Source: Octopus sinensis
Taxonomy: Eukaryota
Direction: 5' to 3'
DNA length: 64,000 nucleotides
Assembly (NCBI RefSeq): GCF_006345805.1
Contig: NC_043014.1
Location: 13,330,001 to 13,394,000 of the forward strand
Position 1 is the stretch's first letter. Every line of letters begins with the position of its first letter. The notes beneath the pieces were generated by a model that saw only the letters and a list, made by a program, of their open reading frames with translations, was not told the origin of the DNA and did not search any database. Shown one piece after another: positions 1-12,365 of this stretch. Position numbers and translations under genes: made by a program.

Positions 1-1966
1 CCAAGTCTTTCTGCTTTCACATTTTTCACAACCCTCAAAGGAGGAAGCATTCCTCACAAACGCACATTCATGAGATGGTTGTGATCTGTAAACAGTTTTG
101 GGTAGGAACTGGAAAGGGAAGTATGAAGAAGCAATGTGCATATGCACACTGAATTCATAGGAATAAAAACACAATGTCAAACAAGTTACATGATGGTCTT
201 CATGCCATGGCTGACACCACTATCATGCAGCTTTACTACAGTTTTCTTGTCTATATTCAGACCAGTTTCTCTATGGGAATGATGAAGGCAGTGACAGTGG
301 TGGTGGTAGTGGAGATGGAAAAATTGGTAGAACTCTAAGCAAAATATTGAGTTCAAATTTTAGCACAAGGTCAGCAACATCAGGGGAGGGGGTAAGTCGA
401 TTACATCTACCTCAGTACTCAACTGGTACTTATTTTACTGACCCCCAAAAGGATGAAAGGCAAAGTCGATCTCAGCAGAATTTGAACTCAGAACAGGAAG
501 ATGAACAAAATGCCACTTAGCATTTTGCCTGGCATCCCAACAATTCTGCCAGTTGGCCACCTTAACCCTGCCCCAAATATTACCATATTTTCTTTTACAC
601 AAGCTTATGTAGTATATAGCATAGGTCTTCCACAGCCATGCCCGTGCCTACAAAATGTATGTACATATGCACAGCGCTAAGCATGTAGCAAGCTTTCTAT
701 GACCGGATGCCCTTCCTGACGCCAACCCTCACCTGTTGCCAAACGAGGTAGTTTTTTCCTTCTATCATACTTTAACCCAGTGACTCTCAACCATTTTTTG
801 CCTATGGACCCCTTTGATTTCTATTTTATTCTACATGACTCTTATACCTATTCAATGTTTAAAAAAAATCATATTATATTTTCATAATTAAATACTATTA
901 GGAATTGCATTAAAAAAATTGTCAAATATTTTGTATATTGTAGAAATAAAACCAATTTATTGCAGATAAGTTTTAACAGTAAAATCTCACACAACCTCCC
1001 AAGGGTCATGTGGACTGGGACAATCCCAGTTGTCTTGATATAAAACATTGTTTATTGTTATCCAATCTCTGGACATGATTCAATCATGTGACGTTTTTTC
1101 ATGTCCCCACTCTTTGATTATTTAAGCTTATGTCAGTTCATCTGGGAGAAAACACATTATAGACTCTACCATGTGACGTAGATATGCAATGACTCATTGT
1201 TGTGGATGGACTATTCTTTTCACTTTAGCAATTCCTTTCTGCATTGTGGGAAAATTGAAATGACAATCCACCACTTAGCTCTTCAATTTCGAATTGTTGC
1301 AATATTCAGTTCATTCATTTTATAAAGTTATATTCTGAGTATAATTACGGAGATGTACTCGCATAGCAAGTGATTTGATCTGAGATCGTGTGCTGGAACG
1401 AAAACAATTGCAGCGTGGAAGGTGTTTGTAAGCCATTTAAGAAACACACAAAAGCCGTTCGATTCACTTCAACATTTAAGTTTAATTTGTCAAAATATTT
1501 TCGTCGCAGCACGGATTTTTGTCTGTGAACAGGTCACGGATTTTAGCGACGAAAATATTTTGACAAATTAAACTTAAATGTTGAAGTAAATTGAACGGCT
1601 TTTGTGTGTTTCTTAAATGGCTTACAAACACCTTCCACACTGCAATTGTCTGAGTATAATATTATTCGTTTTCCTTTGAAAACCACTGCTTTAACCTCTC
1701 AGCATATGGATTAAAACCACCTTCCTTTTCCTAATACCCCTCCCCCACACACACACACGCTTAGTCCTGGTGGGGCTTTTCTCTTTCCAATTTTTTTCCG
1801 TCTTGAAACTTTGCTCGACCACCTCACTAGTGCTGGTGACCCCACCAAAAAAAGTACCCAGCGCTCATAGACAGTTGGCACTAGGAGCGGCATCCAACCA
1901 TAGAAAATATGCTAAAGCTGACACAGTGCAACCCTGCTGCTTATCAGAATCTAGCTGATGAGGATA

Positions 1967-2385
1967 AAGGCGTCGAGCTGGCAGAATCATTAGCACGCCG
2001 GACAAAATGCTTTGCGGTATTTCGTCCGTCTTTACGTTCTGAGTTCAAATTCCGCCGAGGTCGACTTTGCCTTTCATCCTTTCGGGGTCAATTAAATAAG
2101 TACCAGCTACGCACTGTGGTTGATATAATCGACTTAATCCGTTTGTCTGTCCTTGTTTGTCCTCTCTGTGTTTAGCCCCTTGTGGGCAGTAAAGAAATAG
2201 GTATTTCGTCTGCCTCTACGTTCTGAGTTCAAATTCCGCCGAGGTCGACTTTGCCTTTCATCCTTTCGGGGTCGATTAAATAAGTACCAACTACGCACTG
2301 TGGTCGATATAATCGACTTAATCCGTTTGTCTGTCCTTGTTTGTCCTCTCTGTATTTGGCCCCTTGTGGGTAGTAAAGAAATAAG
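1967..2385 (+). mobile_element. tRNA-derived SINE with Nin-domain-like core, head-to-tail dimer
   Basis: B-box-like gttctgagttcaaattcc and core gcctttcatcctttcggggtcgat..aagtacc. Other copies at ~3165-3395, 25010-25232(-), 39985-40210(-), 43148-43370(-), 47521-47937(-), 51957-52190, 61505-61955(-). Confidence 0.85.
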
Positions 2386-2678
2386 AACCTATCTGATGAT
2401 GACAGTAGCAGCAGCAGAGGTGGCAAAGGCACAGTAATTAATCAGATTATCAATCAATACAGCATCCGTCCACATATCCTGATAACCAAGAATCACTGCA
2501 CTGGCCCTGATGATACATTTGCTCATGTTTATATGTTTATGTTTGTCCCCTCTGTGTTTAGCCCTTTGTGGGTAGTAAAGAAATATATATGTTTATGACT
2601 ACACTCTTTTGTTTTGTTTTGTTTTGTTTTGTTATTTTTCTTCCACATGTACTAGAATTTTTACACTTATATTTGCAG

Positions 2679-2797
2679 CAAAATATTGACAAAAGCCTCC
2701 TGGGAAACATCTTCAGTACAAGTGTCCTTTGTAATTCAATTGTTGCCATCCTCATGGGTCTGGTTGCACAACTTTCTGTAGATGCTTTCGGTTATAC
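2679..2797 (+). CDS. MFSD5: MFSD5/MOT2-like MFS transporter, first exon visible in window (QNIDKSLLGNIFSTSVLCNSIVAILMGLVAQLSVDAFGY..)
   Basis: tttgcAG acceptor (2677-2678) and GTaagt donor (2798). Peptide matches the DUF791 segment preceding the xPF motif. Ends phase 2, compatible with exon 5796. Confidence 0.85.
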
Positions 2798-2831
2798 GTA
2801 AGTGGAAATTGCTGATTTTTTGAAATGGATA

Positions 2832-2864
<33 letters not shown>

Positions 2865-4073
2865 TATCATCATCATCATCATCATCATCGTTTAACATTT
2901 ATTCTTCAAGTTGGCATTGGTTGGATGGTTTGGCAAGAACTAACAATACCCGGAGCCGAACCCGACTCCATAGTGTGTTTTGGCTCAATTTCTACAGCTG
3001 GATGCCCTTTCAGATGTTTTTATTTAAGAAAAGTACTTATGGTCCACACAACTTTAGCCTAATGGCATTCCAAATTGTAAGAACCTTAGAATTTTCACTC
3101 TGAGAAACTCTAAAACCCTTAGAATCACAAAAATCAAGGTAAACATGTTGGCAGAAATAGTATGGCGGCGAGCTGGCAGAAACGTTAGCACACCGGGCGA
3201 AATGCTTAGCGGTATTTCGTCTGCGTTACGTTGTGAGTTCAAATTCCGCCGAGGTCGACTTTGCCTTTCATCCTTTCGAGGTCGATAAATTAAGCACCAG
3301 TTACGCACTGGGGTCGATGTAATCGACTTAATACCTATGTCTGTCCTTGTTTGTCCCCTCTATGTTTAGCCCCTTGTGAGTAATAAAGAAATAGGTATAG
3401 CATCAGGACTCCCAGCATTTCAGTTTCATCTCTTTACATCCTGATTTAAAACTCACTGCACGCATTGACATAAATTTTGCTTTCTACCGTTCGAGAATCA
3501 GTGAAACTTGTACAAGTTTTAAACTGCGTCAATTCATCCTCAACTAAAGATTGGTCTTATGCCTGAATCAAAAGAAAGGATTATTCCCAAAACAAGGAGT
3601 GTGCGAGATAGATTTCTTTCTTTATTTTTTTTGGTAGAAAAAAAATGTTTCATTGACAAACATTTCATCAATAAGGACTTTTCAATACCAGATTGGTTTA
3701 TTACAGAAAATAGGTGGCCTAGTGGTTAGAGCAGTGTTCCTTTAACCCTTTTTTACCCTTGCATAACTCTTAAAATAATTTAGATGTCTCAAGGAACCCC
3801 TGCACAAAAAAACTATATACCATATCTTCCTCATTTTTTCATCATCATTCATGTGGTAAATATCAAATATATAAATATTTATATATATATTGATAGAAAT
3901 GGCAAGACAACAAAAGAATGAAAGAGACTTCAATATTATATAAATAGAGGGATTTATCTGTAAATATAATATGTGACAATTATTTGGTAGCCATGATAAA
4001 ACTCTGAGTTTCAGATGTCGGGGCAGAATCCCACGCTAGCATCTCTTCAGTTATCGGGCCACCAAAAAAAATG

Positions 4074-4121
<48 letters not shown>

Positions 4122-4339
4122 GAATGGAGTTGAACGATGATTTAACAAAATTCCTTTATTCTCGACATATGTTTCGAAGACTGCATATTCCTAATTTCGA
4201 AGGAATAAGGGGTGCATTATGCCGCCTTCTCATCAGGAAAGACAAGGAACTTATGTCAGCATCATGATGAACAAAAACTAAAAGTTTTTGTTCATCTAAA
4301 AGTTTTTGTTCATCATGATGCTGACATAAGTTCCTTGTC

Positions 4340-4392
4340 TTTCCTGATGAGAAGGCGGCATAATGCACCCGTTATTCCTTCGAAATTAGGAA
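4340..4392 (+). ncRNA. Minimal hammerhead-like motif (mirror copy on - strand at 4188-4240)
   Basis: TTTC-CTGATGA-GAAGG..CCTTC-GAAA-TTA-GGAA. 5-bp stem II, weak 4-bp stem I, stem III reduced to palindromic AATT. Confidence 0.5.
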
Positions 4393-4616
4393 TATGCAGT
4401 CTTCGAAACATATGTCGAGAATAAAGGAATTTTGTTAAATCGTCGTTCAACTCCATTCTTTCATTTATTTGTATTAAAAAAAACACACAAATTTCCACAT
4501 GAAAGCACGTGATCTCTGCCCTTGGCATGTAGCTTCAACCGTGTTTTTCTGACGTGAATTTGCTACCCGGGTATCGGTTAACCGAATTATCCATACTAGG
4601 ATAATTCATTCAACTA

Positions 4617-4860
<244 letters not shown>

Positions 4861-4994
4861 TGGTTGTTATATTTTTTGATAGCATAAGAGGTTAAATAGG
4901 ATTTTCTATATATATCTACCTTCTACATATATATATATTCTTTTAACTTTTACTTGTTTCAGTCATTAGACCGTGGCCATGCTGGGGCACTGCC

Positions 4995-5720
4995 TGTTAT
5001 TGTTGCTGCTGATACTGCTATTGTTGTTGTTATTACTTTACTGTTCTTGTTGTTGCTACTGCTGCTTTAGTTGTTGTTGTTGTTTTGCTTCTGTTTCTGT
5101 TATTGCTGCACCTGTTGTTATTGCTGTTGTTGCTTTTGTTGTTCTTGTTGTTGCTACTGCTGCTGTTGTTGTTGTTGCTGCTGTTTTGCTTCTACTGCTG
5201 CTGCTGTGGTCATTGCTTCTGCTGCTGCTGCTGTGGTTGTTGTTGTTTTTGCTGCTGCTGCTGCTGTTGTTGTTGTTGTTTTTGCTGCTGCTGTGGTTGT
5301 TGTTGTTTTTGCTGCTGCTGTTGTTGTTGTTGTTTTTGCTGCTGCTGTTGTTGTTGTTTTTGCTGCTGCTGTTGTTGTTTTTGTTGTTGTTGTTTTTGCT
5401 GTTGTTGTTGTTTTTGCTGCTGCTGTTGTTGTTGTTGTTTTTGCTGCTGTTGTTTCTGCTGTTGTTGTTGTTGTTTTTGCTGCTGTTGTTGTTGTTGTTG
5501 TTGTTGTTGTTTTTGCTGCTGTTGTTGTTGTTGTTGTTGTTGTTGTTTTTGCTGCTGTTGTTGTTGTTTTTGCTGCTGCTGCTGCTGTTGTTGTTGTTGT
5601 TGTTTTTGCTGCTGTTGTTGTTGTTGTTGTTGTTGTTTTTGCTGCTGCTGTTGTTGTTGCTGTTGCTGTTGTGGTAGTGGTGGTGATGGTGGCTGTAATG
5701 GTGGCAACAGCAACAACAAC
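4995..5720. repeat. (GTT)/(GCT) compound trinucleotide tract, intronic
   Basis: Direct reading. Generates the spurious poly-L/V/C/Q ORFs. Confidence 0.95.
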
Positions 5721-5795
5721 TTCAGCTGTTATAGTAATCAGTATTAAATTACAGTCAAAAAGTAGTCCTCCATAACCCAGTGCTTTCTTCTTCAG

Positions 5796-5932
5796 GACTC
5801 CATTTGAGATAGCAGCTTGTTTGTTCTTTTTGATGATTGTTTACATAACATGGAACTGGAAAGAGAATTATGGCAGCCAAGAGACGTCTGTCTGTTTGTC
5901 ACTAGGAAATGCCTTTCAATTAATCAAAAGTG
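5796..5932 (+). CDS. MFSD5: MFSD5-like exon (TPFEIAACLFFLMIVYITWNWKENYGSQETSVCLSLGNAFQLIKS)
   Basis: ttcttcAG acceptor, GTaggt donor, 137 nt (phase 2 to 1). Contains the family xPF..W.ENYG motif. Too short for the ORF track. Confidence 0.9.
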
Positions 5933-6479
5933 GTAGGTATTAAACTTTCTTCTTGAATCCCCTTCAAAGTTCAAATTTGTGTTCCACTGGAAAGAATGCT
6001 CTCTACATTCCAGGTTCAGTCCCACTGCGTGGCACCTTGGGCAAGTGTCTTGTACTATAGGCTCGGGCCAACCAAAGCCTTGTGAGTAGATTTGGTAGAC
6101 GAAAACTGAAAGAAGCCCTTCATATATATATATATATATATCTCATCACCATCATCATCATCACCATTTAACGTCCATTTTCCATGCTAGTATGGGTTGG
6201 ATGGTTTGACCGTGGTCTGGGAAGCCAGGAGGCTGCACCAGGCTCCAGTCTGATCTGACAATGTTTCTACGGCTGGATGCCTTTCCTAATGCCAACCACT
6301 CCGTAAGTGTAGTGGGTACTTTTTACGTGCCACCGGCATGGAAGCCAGTCAAGGTGACACTGGCATCAGCCACGTACGGATGGTGCTTTTAACATGTCAC
6401 CGGCACGGGTATCGCAACTACAATTTCCATTTGATTTTTTGATGTTGATGTACTTGACTCAATAGGTCTCCTCAGGCAC

Positions 6480-6756
6480 AACAAGCTGTCCTACAATCCA
6501 AGGCACTTTGGATGGGCTGGGGCTTCTATGTGAAGCTGGTGCAGGAAACAGCCATGAACTCACGTTATTTGTCGGGTCTTCGCAGTCACAGCATATCTCC
6601 AGAGGTCTCGGTCTTTCATCATTGCCTCTGTGAGACCCAACGTTTGAAGGCCATGCTTGATCACCTCATCCCATGTCTTCCTGGGTCTACCTCTACCCTG
6701 GATTCCTTCAACTGTTTGGGAGTGGCACTTCTTCATCCATCTCTCCTCATCCATCT
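6480..6756 (-). mobile_element. RTE LINE 3' fragment
   Basis: MDEERWMKKC..EGIQGRGRPRKTWDEVIK..DRDLWRYAV. Confidence 0.85.
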
Positions 6757-7301
6757 GTAGCGGATGTTGGCGGCGGCGGCGTTGTGTTTCAGGTCACTAC
6801 TTGGAATCGAACTCAGAATCTTGGGGTTAGTAGCCTGTGCTCTTAACCACTACGCCTATGGGCATATGGTGTAGTGGTTAAGAGTGCAGACTACAAACCC
6901 CAAGATTCCAAGTTCGATACCAAGCAGTGACCTGAACAATAATATAAAATAATACAAATAAAATTATAATAATAATAATAACAGCATCGAAAAATACCTT
7001 AGGAATGAAAACCCAGGTTCGAAATTTCCCCAAGACACCTGAAGAAGGCTGGAGGGTATATCAGCCGAAACGTGTTAACAACAAACAAGATGAGACAAAT
7101 ATCCATCGAATGTAAATAATGTAAAAAAAACATCAACAACAATGACTGTTTTAATTGACTGGGGGGCTTCGGAGGGCAGGGATGTTGCAGCCCCCACTCC
7201 ACCCCCATATGTAGGCAAAGCAATTCCCATGGGATTCATATTCCTTGATGCTCTACCAATTCTACTGCCTTTATATTGAACCCTGATTTCTTTCTTTTCA
7301 G

Positions 7302-7456
7302 ATTATAAAGTGCTGTGTTTAGGAATGATACAGTCCTTATTTGAAGGTTCTATGTATGTGTTTGTCTTGGAGTGGACCCCATCACTTAACTATGCCAAAG
7401 ATTTCCTAGTAATTAAAGAACCTTTACCCTATGGTCTGATATTTTCAATTTTCATG
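7302..7456 (+). CDS. MFSD5: MFSD5-like exon (DYKVLCLGMIQSLFEGSMYVFVLEWTPSLNYAKDFLVIKEPLPYGLIFSIFM)
   Basis: tttcttttcAG acceptor, GTaaga donor, 155 nt. QSLFEGSMYxFVxxWTP and PxGxIFSxFM are DUF791/MFSD5 signatures. Confidence 0.93.
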
Positions 7457-7499
7457 GTAAGATTTTCTCTTCTCACTGCTATATATTTTCTGTAGTGAT

Positions 7500-7532
7500 T
7501 CCTCTCTGTTTCTTTCATTTTCTTTCTTTTTT

Positions 7533-7597
<65 letters not shown>

Positions 7598-7619
7598 TCT
7601 TTCTCTCTTTCTCTTTCTT

Positions 7620-7656
<37 letters not shown>

Positions 7657-7890
7657 CTCTCTCTTTCTCCTCTCTCTCTCTTCTTCTCTCTTTCTCTCTC
7701 TCTTTCTCTCTCTTTCTCCTCTTCTCTCCCTCTTTCTCTCCTCTTTCTCTCTCTCTTCTTCTTCTTCTCCTTTCTTTTCTCTCTCTCTTTCTCCTCTCCC
7801 TCTCCTCTTTTCTCCTCTCTCTTTCTCCTCTCTCTCTCTCCTTCCATCCTCTTCCTCCCGCCTTCCTTCTCTCTGTCCCCCCTCTCTCAA
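7500..7890. repeat. (CTTT)n/(CT)n polypyrimidine tract
   Basis: Direct reading. Lies just 3' of exon 7302-7456. Confidence 0.95.
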
Positions 7891-8329
7891 CATATTTTCT
7901 TTACTTTCTGGTATATACAACTGAAGTAGCATTTACTCTTTTATTTGTTTCACTCATTTGATTGCGGCCATGCTGGAGCACCACCTTTATAGTCGAGCAA
8001 ATCAACCCCAGAGCTTATTCTTTGTAAGCCTAGTACTTATTCTATCGGTCTCTTTTGCCAAACCGCTAAGTTACGGGGATGTAGACACACCAGCATCGGT
8101 TGTCAAGCTATGCTGGGAGGACAAACACAGACACACAAACGCACACACATATATATATATATATACACATATATACAATGGGCTTCTTTAAGTTTCCATC
8201 TACCAAATCCACTCACAAGGCATTGGTCAGCCCGAGGCTATAGAAGAAGACACTTGCCCAAGGTGTTATGCAGTGGGAATGAACCCGGAACCATGTGGTT
8301 GGTAAGCAAGCTACTTACCACACAGCCAT

Positions 8330-8900
8330 AGTCATCTGCGTATGATCATTGTTGCCAGCTTTATCTTGTCTCATATCCAAGAATTTAGTTTCTTTGCTGA
8401 ACACTTCCTTTCTGATGATAGCATTGATGACTCAGTTGACCAATTCTTGCATAGAAGAGTCAATGAAGGCATTGACTGTATGGTAATGTTGGTGGAAGAT
8501 GAGGTTGGTTTTGTCAAGCCTTTCTCTCCTGTCATTTGATTTCTTACCCTTTCTCTTCTGGTCACTTTGAAGTTTTTGGTTCCAATGGCGATGGAACACT
8601 GCCACATGGTATGGTCTTGGGTTTGTGTTTCAAATGATTTAGGCTCAATTCCAGTGGCTTTCAGTGTTATTTTGAGTTGGTCCTTATATCTTTGAAGAGA
8701 GTAGCCCCATGGTCTTTTTCTTGAAGTGAGCCCACTGAATAAGACTTGGCCTGGGAACCTTGATTCTGCCATTCTTGCTACATTTCTTGACCATCAAAGA
8801 TGGTGTTTCATGTTCAGCGATTTGAACCCTGAACATGGAGATGGACAAAATGCTGCTAATTACTATGGTATTTATCCTCAGATAACATCTTTTATGGGTG
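8330..8900 (-). mobile_element. Decayed RTE/BovB-like LINE 3' fragment
   Basis: SRFPGQVLFSGLTSRKRPWGYSLQRYKDQLKITLKATGIEPKSFE resembles the RTE C-terminal R.PK..L..EL..GKR..G....R.KD.LK motif. Confidence 0.7.
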
Positions 8901-9512
8901 TTCTGTGTTAAAAGCACAATGAGTAAAAAAGGGTAAAGACACCCTTCAGTCATGAATGTTCATGAGATTGTACCAAGAAAGTTCCCCTCTTAGGCACAAG
9001 CCTGGGCAAGGTTGTTTATCGAAGACCAGCAGTCTCCCATGCATACCAGCCTCCTTTCTCCACACCACCGATGTTACCCAAGGGACAGGCAAAAGCCAAT
9101 ATAGATTGGCACCAGTGACATCACAATTCATTTCTACAGCTTAGTGAACTGAAGCAACATGAAATAAAGTGTCTTGCTCGAGAACACAACACAGAGCCTG
9201 GTCCAGGGATCGGACTCACTATCTCATGATTGTGAGCCCAACACTCTAATCACTGAGCCATGTGTCACAATGGACAGTGTGTATATATTGGGTTCACATT
9301 TTAGCACAAGGCCGGTAGTTTTGAGAAGGGGTTAAAACGATTAAATCAACCCCAGTGCTCATCATCATCATCATCAGTAACAGCAGCAACAGCATTTAAT
9401 GGCTTGACAGGAACTGGCAAAGCCAAGGGCCACACCATGTTCCATAATCTGTTTTAGCTTGGTTTCCACAACTGGTTGCCCTTTCTAATACCAATCATTT
9501 TACAGAGAGTTC

Positions 9513-9748
9513 TATGTGCTTTTTACATGGCACCATCACAAGTACTTTTTATGTGGTGCTAGCACTAGTACATTTTATGTGGCACCAGACCCAGTGCATT
9601 TTATGTGGCACCAGCACCACTGCATTTTATGTGGAACCAGACCCAGTGCATTTTATGTGGCACCAGCATCACTGCATTTTATGTGGAACCAGCACCAGTG
9701 CATTTTATGTGGAACCGGAGCCAGTGCATTTTGTGTGGCACCAGCGCC
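9513..9748. repeat. 26-bp minisatellite (cattttatgtggcaccagcaccagtg-like), ~8 copies
   Basis: Period-26 repetition inside a SINE body. Confidence 0.85.
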
Positions 9749-11069
9749 CACACCAATGCTTATTACAAAGCACATTAGTTTTAGGATCTCAATTCTGGAA
9801 CTTATTTTAATGACCCCCCCCCCCCCAACGGGATGAAAGCAAAGCTAACCTCAGCAGCATTTGAACTCAGAACGTAAAGATGGTTGAATTGCTGCTAAGC
9901 ATTTTTCCCAGTGTGCTAACAATTCCGCCAGCTCTCCACCTTATTACAGTATGAGCAATATGTTACATAAATGACTATTTTAATTACATACTATTCCAAT
10001 TGTGTATGATGTATTTTTAATCAACTGAGTTGTTATTCACAACATCAGTGAATGTGTTATTCACGTTTTCCTGTATCAGAGATGACAAATTCTCATCCAG
10101 GCATTCAGCTGGTTGCTAGTTCACATCATGGAAATGTTGCAAGTTCACATACAAACACACACACATCCTGTCACATTGTCAAGTCATCAGCAATGAAACT
10201 GACAAAACCCACCAAGCTTGCTTGGTGCATAGAGTGGGTATTGGGCACCCTATGGGATAGAAAACAAGTTACATTAAAGAGCAGAGGAACACAAGAGTCA
10301 TCAGCCATCCTATTCCTATATATGCATCATTCGAACATGTAGTCATGGACAGGCTGTTCAATTTGCTTCTGGTTTGGTTCAGGTATGTGATGTTGATAAG
10401 CCGCAGAAATGGCAATACATTGATATCCGTTGCTCCTGAATGGGACTTGGGGTGTGATGTTTTGCCTGTCTATGGCTTTTGAGTGTTTTAACACCAGGTG
10501 CTTTGAGAGAGTCAACATGTCAAATCACAGCCAACCAGCAAACAAGCAAAGAACACACATTGTGTATTTCTGTTTGATAATATACAAACACACACACTCT
10601 CTCTCTCTTTCTTTCTCTCTCTCTCTCACACACACACACATATTATATTCCTCCTGATTCATTTACAAAATAACTTACCTCCTACCAACATGGATTGAAA
10701 ACTTTTTATGATAGCATGAAATTGTAATATTATCATCAATTTCTTTGTCATGATTAGCAAAAGTGAAACCTGTTGACTATGTAAATATTTTATCTCATTA
10801 AAAAGTGTGTGTGTGTGTGTTTGTGTGTGCATGTTTGTGTGTGTGTGTGTGTGTGTATGCATGTGTGTGTGTGTGTGTTTGTGTGTGTGATACCAAATAA
10901 CAGTTGACAGTAAAATAATTGGTAAAAGATCTGAATGAAAGGCAATAAAATGGTACTCTCTAACTCTTTATTGTCATTGATGTGCACTAAATGGTACTAT
11001 TGTCACAGTTGTACATTGAATTGCATTTTGTATGTCTTTACTGTTTATCTTTTCTTTTTCTACTTTCAG

Positions 11070-11140
11070 TTGTGTGTAATGATTGGTTCTTACATTTTCA
11101 AGATACTCTCGCAAAAAATGCCAGTTGAGTCATTTATGAG
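11070..11140 (+). CDS. MFSD5: MFSD5-like exon (LCVMIGSYIFKILSQKMPVESFMR)
   Basis: Polypyrimidine tract plus cAG, GTaagt donor, 71 nt (phase 0 to 2). Confidence 0.88.
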
Positions 11141-11164
11141 GTAAGTTGGCATTACCATGGTTAT

Positions 11165-11520
11165 CTCTATATATATAAACGGCAAAATGTCTGCGTGTGT
11201 GTCCTTTATACAAATCCACAATTTTTCAGTTAGAGGGCTCGCACTTTCTATGGTCATTTAAAACCGTCCAAGAGTGGTCGTGCACATCTTTACATTTCCC
11301 CAGCAAAGCCATTAAAAAAATCAATAGAAGTGATTTTGGTGAATTTTCTATCCAAAACCCAATCAAAATGCCCAAAACTTGATACGCCAATTGAATGCCA
11401 GCTAGCCGTATGTGATTGGTCGGAGATTTGGACAGTACTCGCGTGTATGTGCGCACGCATGCAGCTGTGTATGTATGCACTAGCACTATGACCCGGCAAC
11501 ACCGGGTCATAGTGCTAGTC
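11165..11520. mobile_element. Helitron/Helentron-type non-autonomous element
   Basis: Starts tctctatatatataaacggc..tgtctgcgtgtgtgt and ends in the strong hairpin ctagcactatgacccgg-caaca-ccgggtcatagtgctag (11481-11519). A similar start occurs at ~59970. Confidence 0.6.
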
Positions 11521-11789
11521 TTCAATATTTATCTATAAGCATCTAGAGTTAATGAATCTCTGTCAGTTTCAACAATGAGCATTCTAATTGTTCAATCAAC
11601 TGAGTGACCTCCTTGCTTGGTTATAGCCTCTGCACTTTCCAATTGTTTGATCAACTGAACTACCTACTTATTTGATTATTGCCTCTGAGCTTGTTCGATC
11701 AACTGAACTATCTCCTTGCTTGATTATAGTTTAAGTGGTTTAGTATTCTATTCATCCATCCTTTTTTTTTTCTGGCAAATATTCTTGGG

Positions 11790-12365
11790 ATGGCTACAGA
11801 GGTAGAGTCCTCAAATACCTCCTCCATAGGGTCCTATCATTACACTTTCCAGCTGGACTCCCAAGCATGACCATCTGAGACTATGCATGTTATCCAATCA
11901 TCTCACTCTTGGTCAACCCCATGGTCTCCTGCCACTTGTCGAATCTATCATGTGATTCTTTCCTGCGACATTCTAATAATATGTCTGTAGTACCAGCACT
12001 GTGACCTCCTGTTGCAGAGAAGTAACAGCTTGACCTAGAGAGACTCCCTGATCTCCTAGCTATTCATCCTGCTGAGTAATAATTCTTCACAGATCCCTCA
12101 AAGAAATCCCATTTCAGCCATTTGATTCTGCAGTTTCACTCTTTCAGTCTTCACCCAATATTCATATCCATAAGTGAGGGTAAGCACAAAAACTGAATCG
12201 AGGATAACAAGTTCGGCTTTTTTACCAATCTCTCCTACTTTGAGGATCGAATGCTGTGCTAGTCTCTCCAATTCTAGCATCCATTCAGACCCCTGCCTCC
12301 CATCACTTGTGAATATGAGGCTGAGATATTTTCATATTTCACCCATAAATCTATCCATGACGCTT
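11790..12365 (-). mobile_element. Decayed RTE LINE fragment (second subfamily; related piece at 41680-41930)
   Basis: KKAELVILDSVFVLTLTYGYEYWVKTERVKLQNQMAEMGFL. The related copy encodes GRPRGGSRMKWLDNIRSL. Confidence 0.7.

Noticed and set aside
261-340. Possible upstream MFSD5 exon after ttcAG at 260
   Set aside because: No frame resembles the expected GRxLGGxxTSLLFSxFExW segment and there is no good donor. The upstream exons are probably outside the window.
4156-4424. Two nearly identical 70-aa ORFs on opposite strands, suggesting a gene pair
   Set aside because: A consequence of the DNA palindrome 4116-4464. No coding support.
4973-5775. Long ORFs of 169-234 aa (poly-L/V/C, poly-Q on - strand)
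   Set aside because: Translations of a (GTT)/(GCT) microsatellite inside an MFSD5 intron. There are no splice signals or domain content.
7429-7932. E/R/K-rich ORFs
   Set aside because: (CT)/(CTTT) tract. The real exon ends at 7456.
9571-9748. 26-bp repeats resembling a CRISPR array
   Set aside because: Units are contiguous with no unique spacers, the context is eukaryotic SINE sequence, and there are no cas genes.
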